Assembly (NCBI GenBank): GCA_963779755.1
Contig: CAVZZO010000003.1
Location: 288,001 to 352,000 of the forward strand
Direction: 5' to 3'
DNA length: 64,000 nucleotides
Source of the DNA: an uncultured Gemmatimonadales bacterium
GTDB lineage: Bacteria; Gemmatimonadota; Gemmatimonadetes; Gemmatimonadales; GWC2-71-9
Part shown: one piece after another, positions 63,687 to 64,000 of the stretch
Position numbering within the stretch: the first letter of the stretch is position 1
How the letters are laid out: the number at the start of each line of letters is the position of its first letter
Position numbers and translations under genes: made by a program
Notes under the pieces: model-generated
What the model saw: only the letters and a program-made list of their open reading frames with translations
The model's database searches: none
What the model was told of the DNA's origin: nothing

Positions 63687-64000
63687 ATGCACGACCTGGC
63701 CCCCCTCTGGACCGTGAGCATGCTGCTCAAGATCACCGCCGCGCTGCTGACGGCGTGGCTCGTCACTCTGGGTCTCCGGCGTTCCTCCGCCGCCCTCCGG
63801 CACCTGGTCTGGAGCGCCGCCCTGCTGGCGGTGCTCGCCCTGCCGCTTCTGTCCGCCCTGCCCTGGCGGCTGCCCGTCATCCTGCCGCAGCAGGCAGCCA
63901 TCGAGCATGCCGGCTCGGGCGCCGGCGACTCGCCGGCCGGTACCGGCATGGCAGCGCCCGAATCGGCTCCGCAGGAAAGGACGGATGGTGCAGCGCCGGC
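63687..64000 (+). CDS. M56 family (BlaR1-like) metallopeptidase, 5' part
   Basis: MHDL...LLKITAALL.AW......RRSSAALRHLVW.AAL...LALP, directly after blaI. Confidence 0.85.
   Translation, partial: MHDLAPLWTVSMLLKITAALLTAWLVTLGLRRSSAALRHLVWSAALLAVLALPLLSALPWRLPVILPQQAAIEHAGSGAGDSPAGTGMAAPESAPQERTDGAAP

Noticed and set aside
1..64000. tRNA, rRNA, integrase, transposase or prophage genes
   Set aside because: None recognised by eye. A covariance-model scan would be needed to exclude small RNAs.

Overview
High-GC bacterial chromosome segment, most likely Gemmatimonadota (inferred from the SusC/SusD pair, the BlaI-M56 pair and the small-lipoprotein repertoire in a very GC-rich background). It has four blocks. 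(1) 1-11 kb: mostly minus-strand housekeeping and stress genes (ftsH 5' end, hpt, tilS, udk, PAP2, MgtC, DUF302, rhomboid, an orphan encapsulin-type ferritin, msrB, DinB, GNAT, thioesterase, ATL, small membrane proteins and lipoproteins). (2) 11.4-28.6 kb: a ~17-kb, largely translationally coupled ferredoxin-bioenergetics operon: korA-korB-orfX-rnfB-giant PFOR with a tethered C-terminal ferredoxin-rnfCDGEA-small Cys-rich membrane protein-Tat ApbE-Cys-rich protein-ArsB/NhaD-type transporter. By manual alignment OrfX is a catalytically dead paralogue of the PFOR TPP-binding domain. This operon is the best candidate for an undescribed system. (3) 28.7-37.3 kb: MacAB/TolC-type efflux genes without an ATPase, small genes and a beta-carbonic anhydrase. 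(4) 37.9-62.5 kb: a polysaccharide utilisation locus mixing alpha-glucan genes (SusCD, three GH13, GH97, MalT-like MFS, CBM20-esterase) with beta-galactoside genes (GH2, a GH-A/GH147-like protein, SSS symporter), ending at a PPi-type Pfk and followed by blaI/M56. Also seen: two internally deleted gene relics, one frameshifted gene, REP/MITE-like palindromes and a structured ~125-bp tandem repeat. No rRNA, tRNA, CRISPR array or transposase was recognised. All family assignments come from motif recognition by eye, with no database search.
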